DNA from: an uncultured Chthonomonadaceae bacterium
GTDB taxonomy: Bacteria; Armatimonadota; Chthonomonadetes; Chthonomonadales; Chthonomonadaceae
Assembly: GCA_964591025.1 (NCBI GenBank)
Contig: CAZPZP010000001.1
Span: 1-26,569, forward strand
DNA: 26,569 nucleotides
Direction of reading: 5' to 3'
Of the stretch, positions 8,304 through 16,117 are shown in pieces. Below the pieces are notes generated by a model, which was not told the DNA's origin, searched no databases, and worked only from the letters and a program-made list of their open reading frames with translations. Every line of letters starts with the position of its first letter. The first letter of the stretch is position 1. The position numbers and the translations under genes are program-made.

Positions 8304-9578
8304 TTATCGCCCCGAATAGCCCGGTTGTCCGGGTTGCGGCATAGTCACCGTCTTGATCATTTTTTCCAGTTCCGGCGGGTTCATAGCGCGGGTCATGGCT
8401 TCCTCAAACGAGATGATACCCCGTACATAGAGATCGCGCAAGCACTGATCCATCGTTTGCATTCCGACGTTGGCACTGGTCTGAATCATGGACGTGATCT
8501 GGTGCGCTTTGGCTTCACGGATCAGGTTGCGGATTGCCGGTGAAGCACGCATGATTTCCAACGCGCAGACGCGCCCCGGTTGATTGGCACGCGGGATCAA
8601 CTGCTGGCACAAAATCGCTTGCAGGTTGTTGGACAACTGAAGGCGAACCTGCTCCTGCTGACCGCCCGGAAACGAGTCGACGATACGCTCAACGGAGGTT
8701 GCCGCCGAGTTGGTATGCAAGGTCGCGAAGACAAGGTGACCTGTTTCTGCGGCGGAGACTGCCATTTGCATCGTCTCAAGGTCGCGCATTTCACCGATAA
8801 GGATCACGTCGGGGTCTTCACGGAGGGCAGCGCGGAGCGCGTTTTTAAACGATTTGGTATCCTGCCCGACTTCACGCTGATTGATGACGCTGAATTTGTG
8901 GTTGTGCAGATATTCAATCGGGTCTTCGATGGTGATGATATGCTTGCTCGTCTCGGTATTGATCTGGTTGATCATCGCGGCGAGTGTGGTGGATTTGCCC
9001 GATCCGGTGGGACCTGTGACAAGGACAAGACCACGCGGCAAATGAGTCAACTCTTCGAGGATCGGCGGCAGTCCCAACTCTTTGAGGGTGGGAATTTTCT
9101 GCGGAATCTGCCGAAACGCCATCGCACAGTTGCCTTTATCGCGAAACACGTTGACGCGGAACCGGGCGGTGCGGGCAAGTTGGTAGGAAAAGTCGAGTTC
9201 CATTTCCGTCTCGAAGCGTTGAATCTGCTCGTCGGTCAGAATATCGTAGATAAGGCGTTGGGAGTCTGTCCCCGAAACTTTCTCGAAGGCGAGCGGAATG
9301 AGTCCGCCGTCTACACGTACGATGGGCGGAATGCCGACTGCTATATGGAGGTCGGACGAGCCTTTATCGTGCATGGCGCGAAGCAAGTCGTCGAGGTGGG
9401 CATCGTCGAGTGGTGTCGGACGTGCCGAAGCGGTAGTCATTGTGACCGGCTGCACTCCAGCGGACTGCATTCCTGACTGCTGCATTGACGGCATCCCTCC
9501 CGGCATTCCGGGTGCGCCGGGATTTCCGGGCAGGGGCGGCATACCGGGCGGCTGAGTCGGAAATTGATTATTGGACAT
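8304..9578 (-). CDS. pilT: Type IV pilus retraction ATPase PilT, with Pro/Gly/Met-rich N-terminal extension
   Basis: SDLHIAVG, RFRVNVF, GPTGSGKSTT, TIEDPIE, ALREDPDVILIGEMRD, AAETGHLVFATLHT, MQTMDQ. Confidence 0.95.
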   Translation of the reverse strand: MSNNQFPTQPPGMPPLPGNPGAPGMPGGMPSMQQSGMQSAGVQPVTMTTASARPTPLDDAHLDDLLRAMHDKGSSDLHIAVGIPPIVRVDGGLIPLAFEKVSGTDSQRLIYDILTDEQIQRFETEMELDFSYQLARTARFRVNVFRDKGNCAMAFRQIPQKIPTLKELGLPPILEELTHLPRGLVLVTGPTGSGKSTTLAAMINQINTETSKHIITIEDPIEYLHNHKFSVINQREVGQDTKSFKNALRAALREDPDVILIGEMRDLETMQMAVSAAETGHLVFATLHTNSAATSVERIVDSFPGGQQEQVRLQLSNNLQAILCQQLIPRANQPGRVCALEIMRASPAIRNLIREAKAHQITSMIQTSANVGMQTMDQCLRDLYVRGIISFEEAMTRAMNPPELEKMIKTVTMPQPGQPGYSGR

Positions 9579-9618
9579 GGACTTTCTCCCTCTGGTACGT
9601 TACTCAAAATCACTTGGT

Positions 9619-9665
9619 ATTATGGCATATCACCTAATTTTATCTCGAAATTATTGATGCGTCAA
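9619..9665 (-). promoter_or_regulatory. Sigma70-type promoter for pilT-pilC-pilD-pilin genes
   Basis: TTGACG (9665-9660), 17 bp, TAAAAT (9642-9637); a second extended -10-like TGCCATAAT at 9627-9619. Confidence 0.7.
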
Positions 9666-9697
9666 ATTTTCTCGAAGGACGGGCGCGTTATCAGCGG

Positions 9698-10510
9698 TTA
9701 TTCCGCCCTTTTGCCCTGCTTCAATCGCTCTAACTCGGCACGCAGTCGGACATTCTCCTCTTCCGCATTTCGCGCTCGTTCTGCTTCCGTATTTGCTCGC
9801 TCTATTGCGTCCAATCGAAGTTGCTGTTCGTCTTCGTAAGCCTGCCGAGTCGCTTCATAAGCCTGTCGAGTCGCTTCATAAGCCTGCCGAGTCGCTTCGT
9901 ATGCCTCCCGCGTCTCTTCCGGCGTTTTCAGAAATTCCCTTGTTTTCGGGTCGTAGAACCGGAAATCTTCCCCAATCATAACGAGAAACAGTTGAAGGTT
10001 CTGGCTGTATAGTCTGTCACCGTTTTCCAAAGGAATGGATTGATACTCGCCGCGCTCTAATCGAAAGCCCTGTAGTCGAGGATTGAGATAATCCCCTGTT
10101 GGGTCATAACGGAAATACTCATCTGCTTTCAGAACCTGCTCATACAGCGGAAATTTTACGTCATTATCATCGCCTTTAGTAGAATCCGATGTAAACTCGA
10201 ATATAACACTCGGTACAATGCCGTTTTCTGCCCACACTTTGTACGTCTTTCTCAGACGTTTCTCAACTCCGTAGACGACATAAACATCGGGCGACACAGA
10301 CTTCCTTGGATTGCCCTTGACATAATAAAGGAAATTGTTCGCTGCGACATAGACATGAGACTCGTCCCGGTAATAGGCTTGTAGGGTGAGCGTTGTCTTG
10401 GCACTCAGTTGAAAATGGACATCGCTTTCAGCTATTGGCTTACCATCTCCTTCCGGGTAATAAATTTCATCGGTTATCGTTTTCGCTTCAAGGAGCGGCG
10501 GCGGAGCCAT
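9698..10510 (-). CDS. Uma2 family (PD-(D/E)XK-like) putative endonuclease with coiled-coil tail
   Basis: YYPEGDGKPIAES..H, SPDVYVV, VIFEFTSDST, LYEQVL...EYFRYDP; tail with EATRQAY repeats. Confidence 0.88.
   Translation of the reverse strand: MAPPPLLEAKTITDEIYYPEGDGKPIAESDVHFQLSAKTTLTLQAYYRDESHVYVAANNFLYYVKGNPRKSVSPDVYVVYGVEKRLRKTYKVWAENGIVPSVIFEFTSDSTKGDDNDVKFPLYEQVLKADEYFRYDPTGDYLNPRLQGFRLERGEYQSIPLENGDRLYSQNLQLFLVMIGEDFRFYDPKTREFLKTPEETREAYEATRQAYEATRQAYEATRQAYEDEQQLRLDAIERANTEAERARNAEEENVRLRAELERLKQGKRAE
9832..9915. repeat. In-frame 21-bp tandem repeat x4 (three near-exact copies) encoding heptads
   Basis: CTTCRTAAGCCTGYCGAGTCG x3 plus one degenerate copy; encodes (E-A-T-R-Q-A-Y)n. Confidence 0.9.
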
Positions 10511-10551
10511 AATTCTCTCCTCATTCTCGTCAAAATGTCAATCTATACGGT

Positions 10552-11172
10552 TCAAGGCAAGAATATCTGTTCGGGCGTGCGGCGTTGCGGCTGATTGGCT
10601 TTAATGTTTTGTCCTGCCAACCGAACGGTTTCCTCAATGCGTTTTTGGCGTGTTTCAGGGCGTTTCGCGCTCTGTATCCAATACAGGATAACTTTCTTCG
10701 ATGACGGACTAAATTTCTCGAAATAGTTCCGTGCCGTCGCATTTTCGGCGAGGGCTTCCATTAAATCGGGCGGAACGATTAACTCTTCGATAGCATCGAG
10801 TACCGTCCATGTTCCATTTTGCTTGGCACGTTCGATTTTCGCCAGTCCGGGCGGCATCATCAATCCCTGCGCGATCAATACTTCGACGCGCCACTTGTTG
10901 ACTTTCGACCATGTGCTATTCGGCTTTCGCGGCGAAAATACCTGCTTGAAGCGAGTCGCATCCAGTGTATTGACCTTGCTGTCGATCCAAGCGAAGCACA
11001 ATGCCTCTTCAACCGCCTCGTCATAAGTTAATCGGCAGTTTCCCGCGCTGACTTTATCGTAGATGAGCCAAATCGGTGCGGTTTGAGTATGGTTTTCTGT
11101 GAGCCAGTTGCGCCATGCCTCGCGAGTGCCGGGATAAACGTGTTCCAGATCGTTTTCCGCTATAGTGATCAA
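10552..11172 (-). CDS. YdeI/OmpD-associated family protein
   Basis: AWRNWLTENH, YDEAVEEALCFAWID, FSPRKPNSTWSKVN, VPPDL..AL.EN..A...FE, WIQSAKRPETRQKRI. TTG start overlaps the upstream TGA. Confidence 0.88.
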   Translation of the reverse strand: MITIAENDLEHVYPGTREAWRNWLTENHTQTAPIWLIYDKVSAGNCRLTYDEAVEEALCFAWIDSKVNTLDATRFKQVFSPRKPNSTWSKVNKWRVEVLIAQGLMMPPGLAKIERAKQNGTWTVLDAIEELIVPPDLMEALAENATARNYFEKFSPSSKKVILYWIQSAKRPETRQKRIEETVRLAGQNIKANQPQRRTPEQIFLP

Positions 11173-12503
11173 CCCAGCAAATCCCCGCCGTAATCGGGAC
11201 TGAAAACGCGCAACGCTTCCTCTGGTGTTGTGACGTGGCTGGTCAATTTGATAACCAGATCATCGGAGAAAGTTTTCCAGCGACTCTGAAGCAATTTCTT
11301 GCGTAGAGGCAAGCCGTCATAATTCAGCAATGCCTCTACCGAATCGAATGATTTGTGCAGAAAATCGAAAACACCAACCCGTCCTAAATATCCGGTGTTG
11401 CGGCATTGTTCACAACCTCGCCCTCTCACCAGTGAAACCTTCTGCTCCGTGTTAGTCACGAGAAAACCAAAGCGGCGTAGATTAACGGCATCCTCCTCAT
11501 AATCCTCTTTGCAACGCGGGCAGACGCGCCGCACCAGTCGTTGCGCCAGCACACCGGAGACGCTCGAAGCCAAAACCGACGAGGAAATGCCCATATCGCG
11601 CAGACGAATCAACGCCGCCACAGAATCATTGGCACAGACAGATGCCAGTACAATTGTGCCGGAATGTGCCAAATCCAACGCCGCACGCCAAACATTCACA
11701 TCGGGAATCTGATCCAGCATTACAATACTGGGAGATTCGTAGCGCACTGCCGCAATCGCCTCTTCATAGGTTGAGCCCGCTTTCGGGTCAACTTGGACAA
11801 AGGCGACGCCACTGAGTTCATATTCCAAACGCTGACCAATGACGAAACTTGTCCGCTCGATGGTATTCATACGATTCAAGGCGTTAAACTGTGTTGTAGT
11901 TCGCCCGCTTCCCGTATGCCCCGCAAAAACAATCAATCCACCCGACTGAATCAATGCCTCCTCGAACATCCCTTGCGTTTCAGGCGTCATTCCCGATTTC
12001 GATAAACCAAGCAGTGCAGATACTTGTTTGCAAATGTGGAGAACAATTTTCTCGCCGTATTGTGTCGGCAAAAGATGCACACGCAACCGATAGTCCGTTT
12101 CCAAAAATTGAAAGGTGATCAAGCCTGATTGTGGAAGTGCGGTGCTTTCCGAAGGCAGCCCCATTATTTCTCTCAATCGAGCGATCAAAGGCTCTTGAAT
12201 GTACTGAGGAACGACTATTATTTCGTGTAAGATGCCGTCAACGCGATACCGAATGCGCGTATTGCGCTTGTCGGGTTCGATGTGAATATCGGAGGCACGC
12301 TCTTTGATCGCCGCTTGAATAATGGTATTGACTAAACGATTGATAGGCGGTTGTTCAATTTCATCATCAGCCATATCCTCGTCTTTGAAAGGGAATCCAT
12401 GCGTCGCAATCGCATTTTTCAATGCCCACGTTGTATCATCGTCGCTTTCAGATCGCGTGAGCCTTACTGAACTTTCTTGTTTTTTGCGCCACATCAACCG
12501 CAT
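11169..12503 (-). CDS. PilB/GspE-family paralog with degenerate ATPase motifs (probable pseudo-ATPase)
   Basis: Aligns along its length with the PilB at 13132-14919. Walker A GHTGSGRTT, no EDPVE, Walker B MLDQ, His boxes lost, CPRC/CEQC retained. ATG 12503 with GGAGG RBS. Confidence 0.85.
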   Translation of the reverse strand: MRLMWRKKQESSVRLTRSESDDDTTWALKNAIATHGFPFKDEDMADDEIEQPPINRLVNTIIQAAIKERASDIHIEPDKRNTRIRYRVDGILHEIIVVPQYIQEPLIARLREIMGLPSESTALPQSGLITFQFLETDYRLRVHLLPTQYGEKIVLHICKQVSALLGLSKSGMTPETQGMFEEALIQSGGLIVFAGHTGSGRTTTQFNALNRMNTIERTSFVIGQRLEYELSGVAFVQVDPKAGSTYEEAIAAVRYESPSIVMLDQIPDVNVWRAALDLAHSGTIVLASVCANDSVAALIRLRDMGISSSVLASSVSGVLAQRLVRRVCPRCKEDYEEDAVNLRRFGFLVTNTEQKVSLVRGRGCEQCRNTGYLGRVGVFDFLHKSFDSVEALLNYDGLPLRKKLLQSRWKTFSDDLVIKLTSHVTTPEEALRVFSPDYGGDLLG

Positions 12504-12536
12504 CGCGTCACCTCCGCACGAAGGCAAATCTTTTCA

Positions 12537-12797
12537 TCAGGCGGCTTGCTCTACAGCAGCAGACGATTCTGCCTGACGATATTTGTGGACGGCATACTTA
12601 CACATGGGAAATTTATTCGCAATATGATCAAGATGCTCTGAAAACTCTTGCGGAGTGCCGCGTAGTATCAAGGATACAAGATACTCTGCTTCATCCAATA
12701 GATTAGCAATATCCTTGGGATCGCGCCCCTCATATCCCATACTGCGTCCTGTGATGATCACCCATTGCAAGGCGTCAAGGGCGTTCTTTGAGTGCAT
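12537..12797 (-). CDS. Small hypothetical helical protein, candidate immunity protein
   Basis: AAGGAG upstream; overlaps the 3' end of the upstream ORF; about 86 aa with amphipathic helices; no recognised family. Confidence 0.6.
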   Translation of the reverse strand: MHSKNALDALQWVIITGRSMGYEGRDPKDIANLLDEAEYLVSLILRGTPQEFSEHLDHIANKFPMCKYAVHKYRQAESSAAVEQAA

Positions 12798-13122
12798 CAA
12801 TATCGTCTGCTCCTTCTACAATTACGTCTGTCAGCGGAATTCCTTTTACCCACTGACCGACTTTTATTGGGTCAACCTGAGTGCCATCAGAAGACACTCC
12901 TCGTTCCATAGAGCGAAAAACTTTACGCCAGCGGGCAAATCCTGAGCCTGATGCTTCGATGACAGGCTTCTCAGAGTACAGTTGATCAATGCTGATTGAT
13001 TGAGAACGAATTGGGACATCATTTTCCCAAACTTGTGCGGAAATCTCTTGATGCCCCAACTTTTCTGCTGCTTTCGCTCTGCGAACGCCGTCAATGATAG
13101 TGTATTTTTCGTCGGCTGACAT
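12775..13122 (-). CDS. Small ParB/Srx-like domain protein (motif order suggests circular permutation), candidate toxin domain
   Basis: YTIIDGVRRAKAAEKLG resembles the ParB IIDGxRRxxAxxxLG motif; starts 9 bp after the pilB stop. Confidence 0.6.
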   Translation of the reverse strand: MSADEKYTIIDGVRRAKAAEKLGHQEISAQVWENDVPIRSQSISIDQLYSEKPVIEASGSGFARWRKVFRSMERGVSSDGTQVDPIKVGQWVKGIPLTDVIVEGADDIDALKERP

Positions 13123-13131
13123 GGCTTCGGT

Positions 13132-14919
13132 TTAGTATCCAGCGGTAAAGACGACACGCATAACCTCTTCCGGTGTTGTCAGCCCTTCCAGAACCTTGAT
13201 CAAACCGTCCTCGCGCAACTCTTTCATGCCATGTACTTTTGCCGCCGCTTTGAGTTCGGTCAACGGGGCATTGCGGACGATCATATCTGCGAGTTCGCCG
13301 TTCAGAGTCATCAGCTCATAGAATCCAATACGTCCCTTGTAGCCCGTATTGCGGCACTGGTCACAGCCGCGTCCACGCGCCAGTTGAACCTTCTGATTTT
13401 CGTTCTCCGCTACAAACCCGAAACGTCGTAAGTTGCCCGCCTCTTCCTCATAGTACTCTTTGCAGTTAGTACAGATTTTACGTCCCAAACGCTGCGCCAT
13501 AATGCCGATACACGTCGCGGCGATAAGGAACCGCTCAACTCCCATGTCCGCCAACCGAATGGTTGCAGACGGCGCATCGTTGGTATGGAGCGTGGAAAGA
13601 ACAAGGTGACCCGTCAATGCCGCTTCGACCCCGATACTCGCCGTTTCAAGATCGCGCATCTCTCCAACCATGATAATGTCCGGGTCTTGGCGAAGGATTG
13701 AGCGCAATGCTCTTCCAAAGGTCAGCCCTGCTTTCGGGTTCATCTGCACCTGCGTGACACCCGAAAGTTGATATTCGACGGGGTCTTCGACGGTAACGAT
13801 ATTGCGCTCGATGGAGTTCAATCGGTTCAGGAGCGAATAGAGTGCCGTCGTCTTGCCGGAACCCGTTGGTCCCGTTGTCAAAATCATGCCGTTCGGCTGC
13901 TGCGAGAGTTCTTCCAGTTGCGACTGAACTTCGGGCGTCAAACCGAGTTTATTCATCCCGATCATGATGCTGCCCTTGTCCAGAATTCGCATAACGATTT
14001 TCTCGCCATGCAGACCGGGCAGACACGACACGCGCAGGTCATACTCTTTATTGTCGAATTTGACCGCGATACGTCCGTCCTGTGGAACGCGCCGCTCAGC
14101 GATATTCATTTCCGACATGATCTTGAAGCGGGCAATCATCGGAGCCTGAATATATTTGGGAACGACCATAGTTTCATGCAAAACGCCGTCCACACGATAC
14201 CGAATGCGGGTGTTGCGCTTGTCGGGTTCGATATGAATATCGGAGGCACGCTCTTTGATCGCCGCCTGAATGATGGTATTGGCGAGGCGGACAATGGGGG
14301 CGGACTCGACTTCTTTATCAACCACATCCTCATCCGTCTCTTTGGAGGCGTCGCCCTGCGAACCATACGATGCAATCGCCATGTTCAGAGAGGCTTTTGC
14401 GTCGGTATCCGCGATGTCGTCCCCGCCGCCCCCGCCCCGCATCGGATTCATTCCGGGCGAAGGTTTCTCGCCGCCAGCCTCTATTGTTGTTCCAGTATAG
14501 TATTTGCCGAGAGCGTCCTCGATTTGATCCGGTGCCGCGAGAACGCCGCGTACCGTACAGCGCGACACAAGGCGCAGATCGTCTACTGCCGCCATATTGC
14601 TGGTGTCCGACATTGCGACATAGAGGATATTGTTCTCTTTTTTGAGCGGCAGTACGTTGAGTCGTTTGACGACGTGTTCAGGAACAGCAGTGATCGCGTC
14701 CTGTGCAGGCTTGTAAACCGTCAAATCTACGAACGGGACGCCCATCTCCTGCGCCTTTGATTCGTAGACATCACGCGGATTGATTCCGACATTGATCAGG
14801 GCGTTGGCGAGATCGCCTCCGGTTGCCTGCTGCATTTTGCGGGATTCGTCGAGTTGTTCCTGCGAGGCATAGCCCTTTTCGAGCATATAATCGCCGATGT
14901 TTTTGCGTGCCATTACCAT
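13132..14919 (-). CDS. pilB: Type IV pilus assembly ATPase PilB
   Basis: ASDIHIEP, ERRVPQDGR, GPTGSGKTT, TVEDPVE, LRQDPDIIMVGEMRD, TGHLVLSTLHTND, CTNC/CDQC Zn site, TTPEEV; MshEN-like N-terminus. Confidence 0.95.
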   Translation of the reverse strand: MVMARKNIGDYMLEKGYASQEQLDESRKMQQATGGDLANALINVGINPRDVYESKAQEMGVPFVDLTVYKPAQDAITAVPEHVVKRLNVLPLKKENNILYVAMSDTSNMAAVDDLRLVSRCTVRGVLAAPDQIEDALGKYYTGTTIEAGGEKPSPGMNPMRGGGGGDDIADTDAKASLNMAIASYGSQGDASKETDEDVVDKEVESAPIVRLANTIIQAAIKERASDIHIEPDKRNTRIRYRVDGVLHETMVVPKYIQAPMIARFKIMSEMNIAERRVPQDGRIAVKFDNKEYDLRVSCLPGLHGEKIVMRILDKGSIMIGMNKLGLTPEVQSQLEELSQQPNGMILTTGPTGSGKTTALYSLLNRLNSIERNIVTVEDPVEYQLSGVTQVQMNPKAGLTFGRALRSILRQDPDIIMVGEMRDLETASIGVEAALTGHLVLSTLHTNDAPSATIRLADMGVERFLIAATCIGIMAQRLGRKICTNCKEYYEEEAGNLRRFGFVAENENQKVQLARGRGCDQCRNTGYKGRIGFYELMTLNGELADMIVRNAPLTELKAAAKVHGMKELREDGLIKVLEGLTTPEEVMRVVFTAGY

Positions 14920-15093
14920 TGCTTGTGTGTCTCCACCATTTCAAGCCCTGCAAGCAGAATGCAGGGAGCAGTCTCAAGTGTTGTGTTTGCGTTCGTTCGT
15001 TTGTTTATTTCGAGCCGCTCCCTGTCTTGCGACCGGGAGCAACTTTGCGAATTTAGAGGAAACCCGGCATCGAGGGACAAGCACGCCGGAAAC
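14920..15093 (-). promoter_or_regulatory. Structured 5' leader of pilB (candidate cis-regulatory RNA)
   Basis: Three hairpins (15064-15089, 15013-15044 with a GCAA tetraloop, 14946-14966) and a 10-nt alternative pairing between 15015-15024 and 14962-14971. Confidence 0.45.
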
Positions 15094-15098
15094 TCCCG

Positions 15099-15127
15099 AT
15101 TATAACATAGCCACTCTTTAAGTGCAA
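15099..15127 (-). promoter_or_regulatory. Sigma70-type promoter for pilB
   Basis: TTGCAC (15127-15122), 17 bp, TATAAT (15104-15099) with extended TG (TGTTATAAT). Confidence 0.75.
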
Positions 15128-15146
15128 GCGTGGACTTTTGTCTGTT

Positions 15147-16061
15147 TTATTGCGCCAGTCCTTGCAAGACCGCCGCTTCCATCACATCGGTTGGCGGAAA
15201 GTGTCCTGTCCACCGCTCGAATGCCAACGCTCCTTGATAAACAAGCATTTTTATGCCGTCCATCGTCTTGCAGCCGCGCCGTTTCGCTTCTTGCAATAGG
15301 CGGGTTTCGACAGGATTGTAAACGAGATCATAAACCGTCAATTCTGGGCGAAACGCTTCTAAAATCACGGGCGGCAATGCGTCCTCATTCGGATGCATTC
15401 CAACCCGCGTCGTATTAACCAGCAGTGTTGCCCTTGCCGTCGCCGTGTAATATTCTGCGGTATTGTCGAGCGAGAGGGTGCGAATAACAGCCGCGAACCC
15501 CGCGTCACGTACTGTCTGTGCCAGACGTTCGGCGCGTTCAAGTGTGCGATTGATCAGAACCACTTCGGCTCCTTCGCGCACCAAGCAGAAGACTACAGAT
15601 CGCGCCGCCCCACCCGCGCCCAAAACCACCACACTCTTGCCAGAAACCGAGAATCCCTGTTCGCGCAAGGGCAGAAAAAAGCCGCGCCCATCGGTATTGT
15701 CACCGATAAGTTTGCCCCCGATGCAATGGACGGTATTGACCGCACCCACATCGCGAGCCTCGTCGGTGATCTCCTCCAAAAAGGGCAGGACGTTCTCTTT
15801 GTGCGGAATCGTCAGGTTGACGCCGACGATTCCAAGCGCGGGAAGACTGCGGATAGCCGTCCCCAAGTTCTCCGGCGATACCGCAAAGGGTAAATAAATG
15901 TATGATAGCCCAAGTGCCGCAATCGCGGAATTGTGCATCGCCGGGGAGAGGCTGTGTTCGACGGGGAAGCCGAACACGCCGAGTATTTTTGTTTTGCCAT
16001 GAACGGGAGGCAGTTTGCCCGCAATACCTTGTGATACGATCACGTCGAAATCCGTCCCCAT
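15147..16061 (-). CDS. aroE: Shikimate dehydrogenase
   Basis: HSLSPAMHN, GVNLTIPHKE, GAVNT, GDNTDGRGF, GAGGAAR, NTTRVGM, DLVYNP, MLVYQGALAFERWTG. Confidence 0.96.
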   Translation of the reverse strand: MGTDFDVIVSQGIAGKLPPVHGKTKILGVFGFPVEHSLSPAMHNSAIAALGLSYIYLPFAVSPENLGTAIRSLPALGIVGVNLTIPHKENVLPFLEEITDEARDVGAVNTVHCIGGKLIGDNTDGRGFFLPLREQGFSVSGKSVVVLGAGGAARSVVFCLVREGAEVVLINRTLERAERLAQTVRDAGFAAVIRTLSLDNTAEYYTATARATLLVNTTRVGMHPNEDALPPVILEAFRPELTVYDLVYNPVETRLLQEAKRRGCKTMDGIKMLVYQGALAFERWTGHFPPTDVMEAAVLQGLAQ

Positions 16062-16117
16062 TCACTGATAAATAACCCTACGCAAGTCCCAATCAAAATG
16101 TTTGCGAGATTCACCCT

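Noticed and set aside
6874-9915. CRISPR array in the 8-mer arrays or the 21-bp Uma2 repeat
   Set aside because: No unique spacers: the units are directly adjacent, and no cas genes are present.
10513-10541. Promoter for the Uma2 gene from TTGACA at 10541-10536
   Set aside because: No -10 hexamer at 16-18 bp spacing.
14920-15093. Canonical c-di-GMP-I or -II riboswitch ahead of pilB
   Set aside because: Only CGCAAAG matches; the GGCAAAC/GNRA P2, the UAA receptor and the class II AGUGCAACCG are not found.
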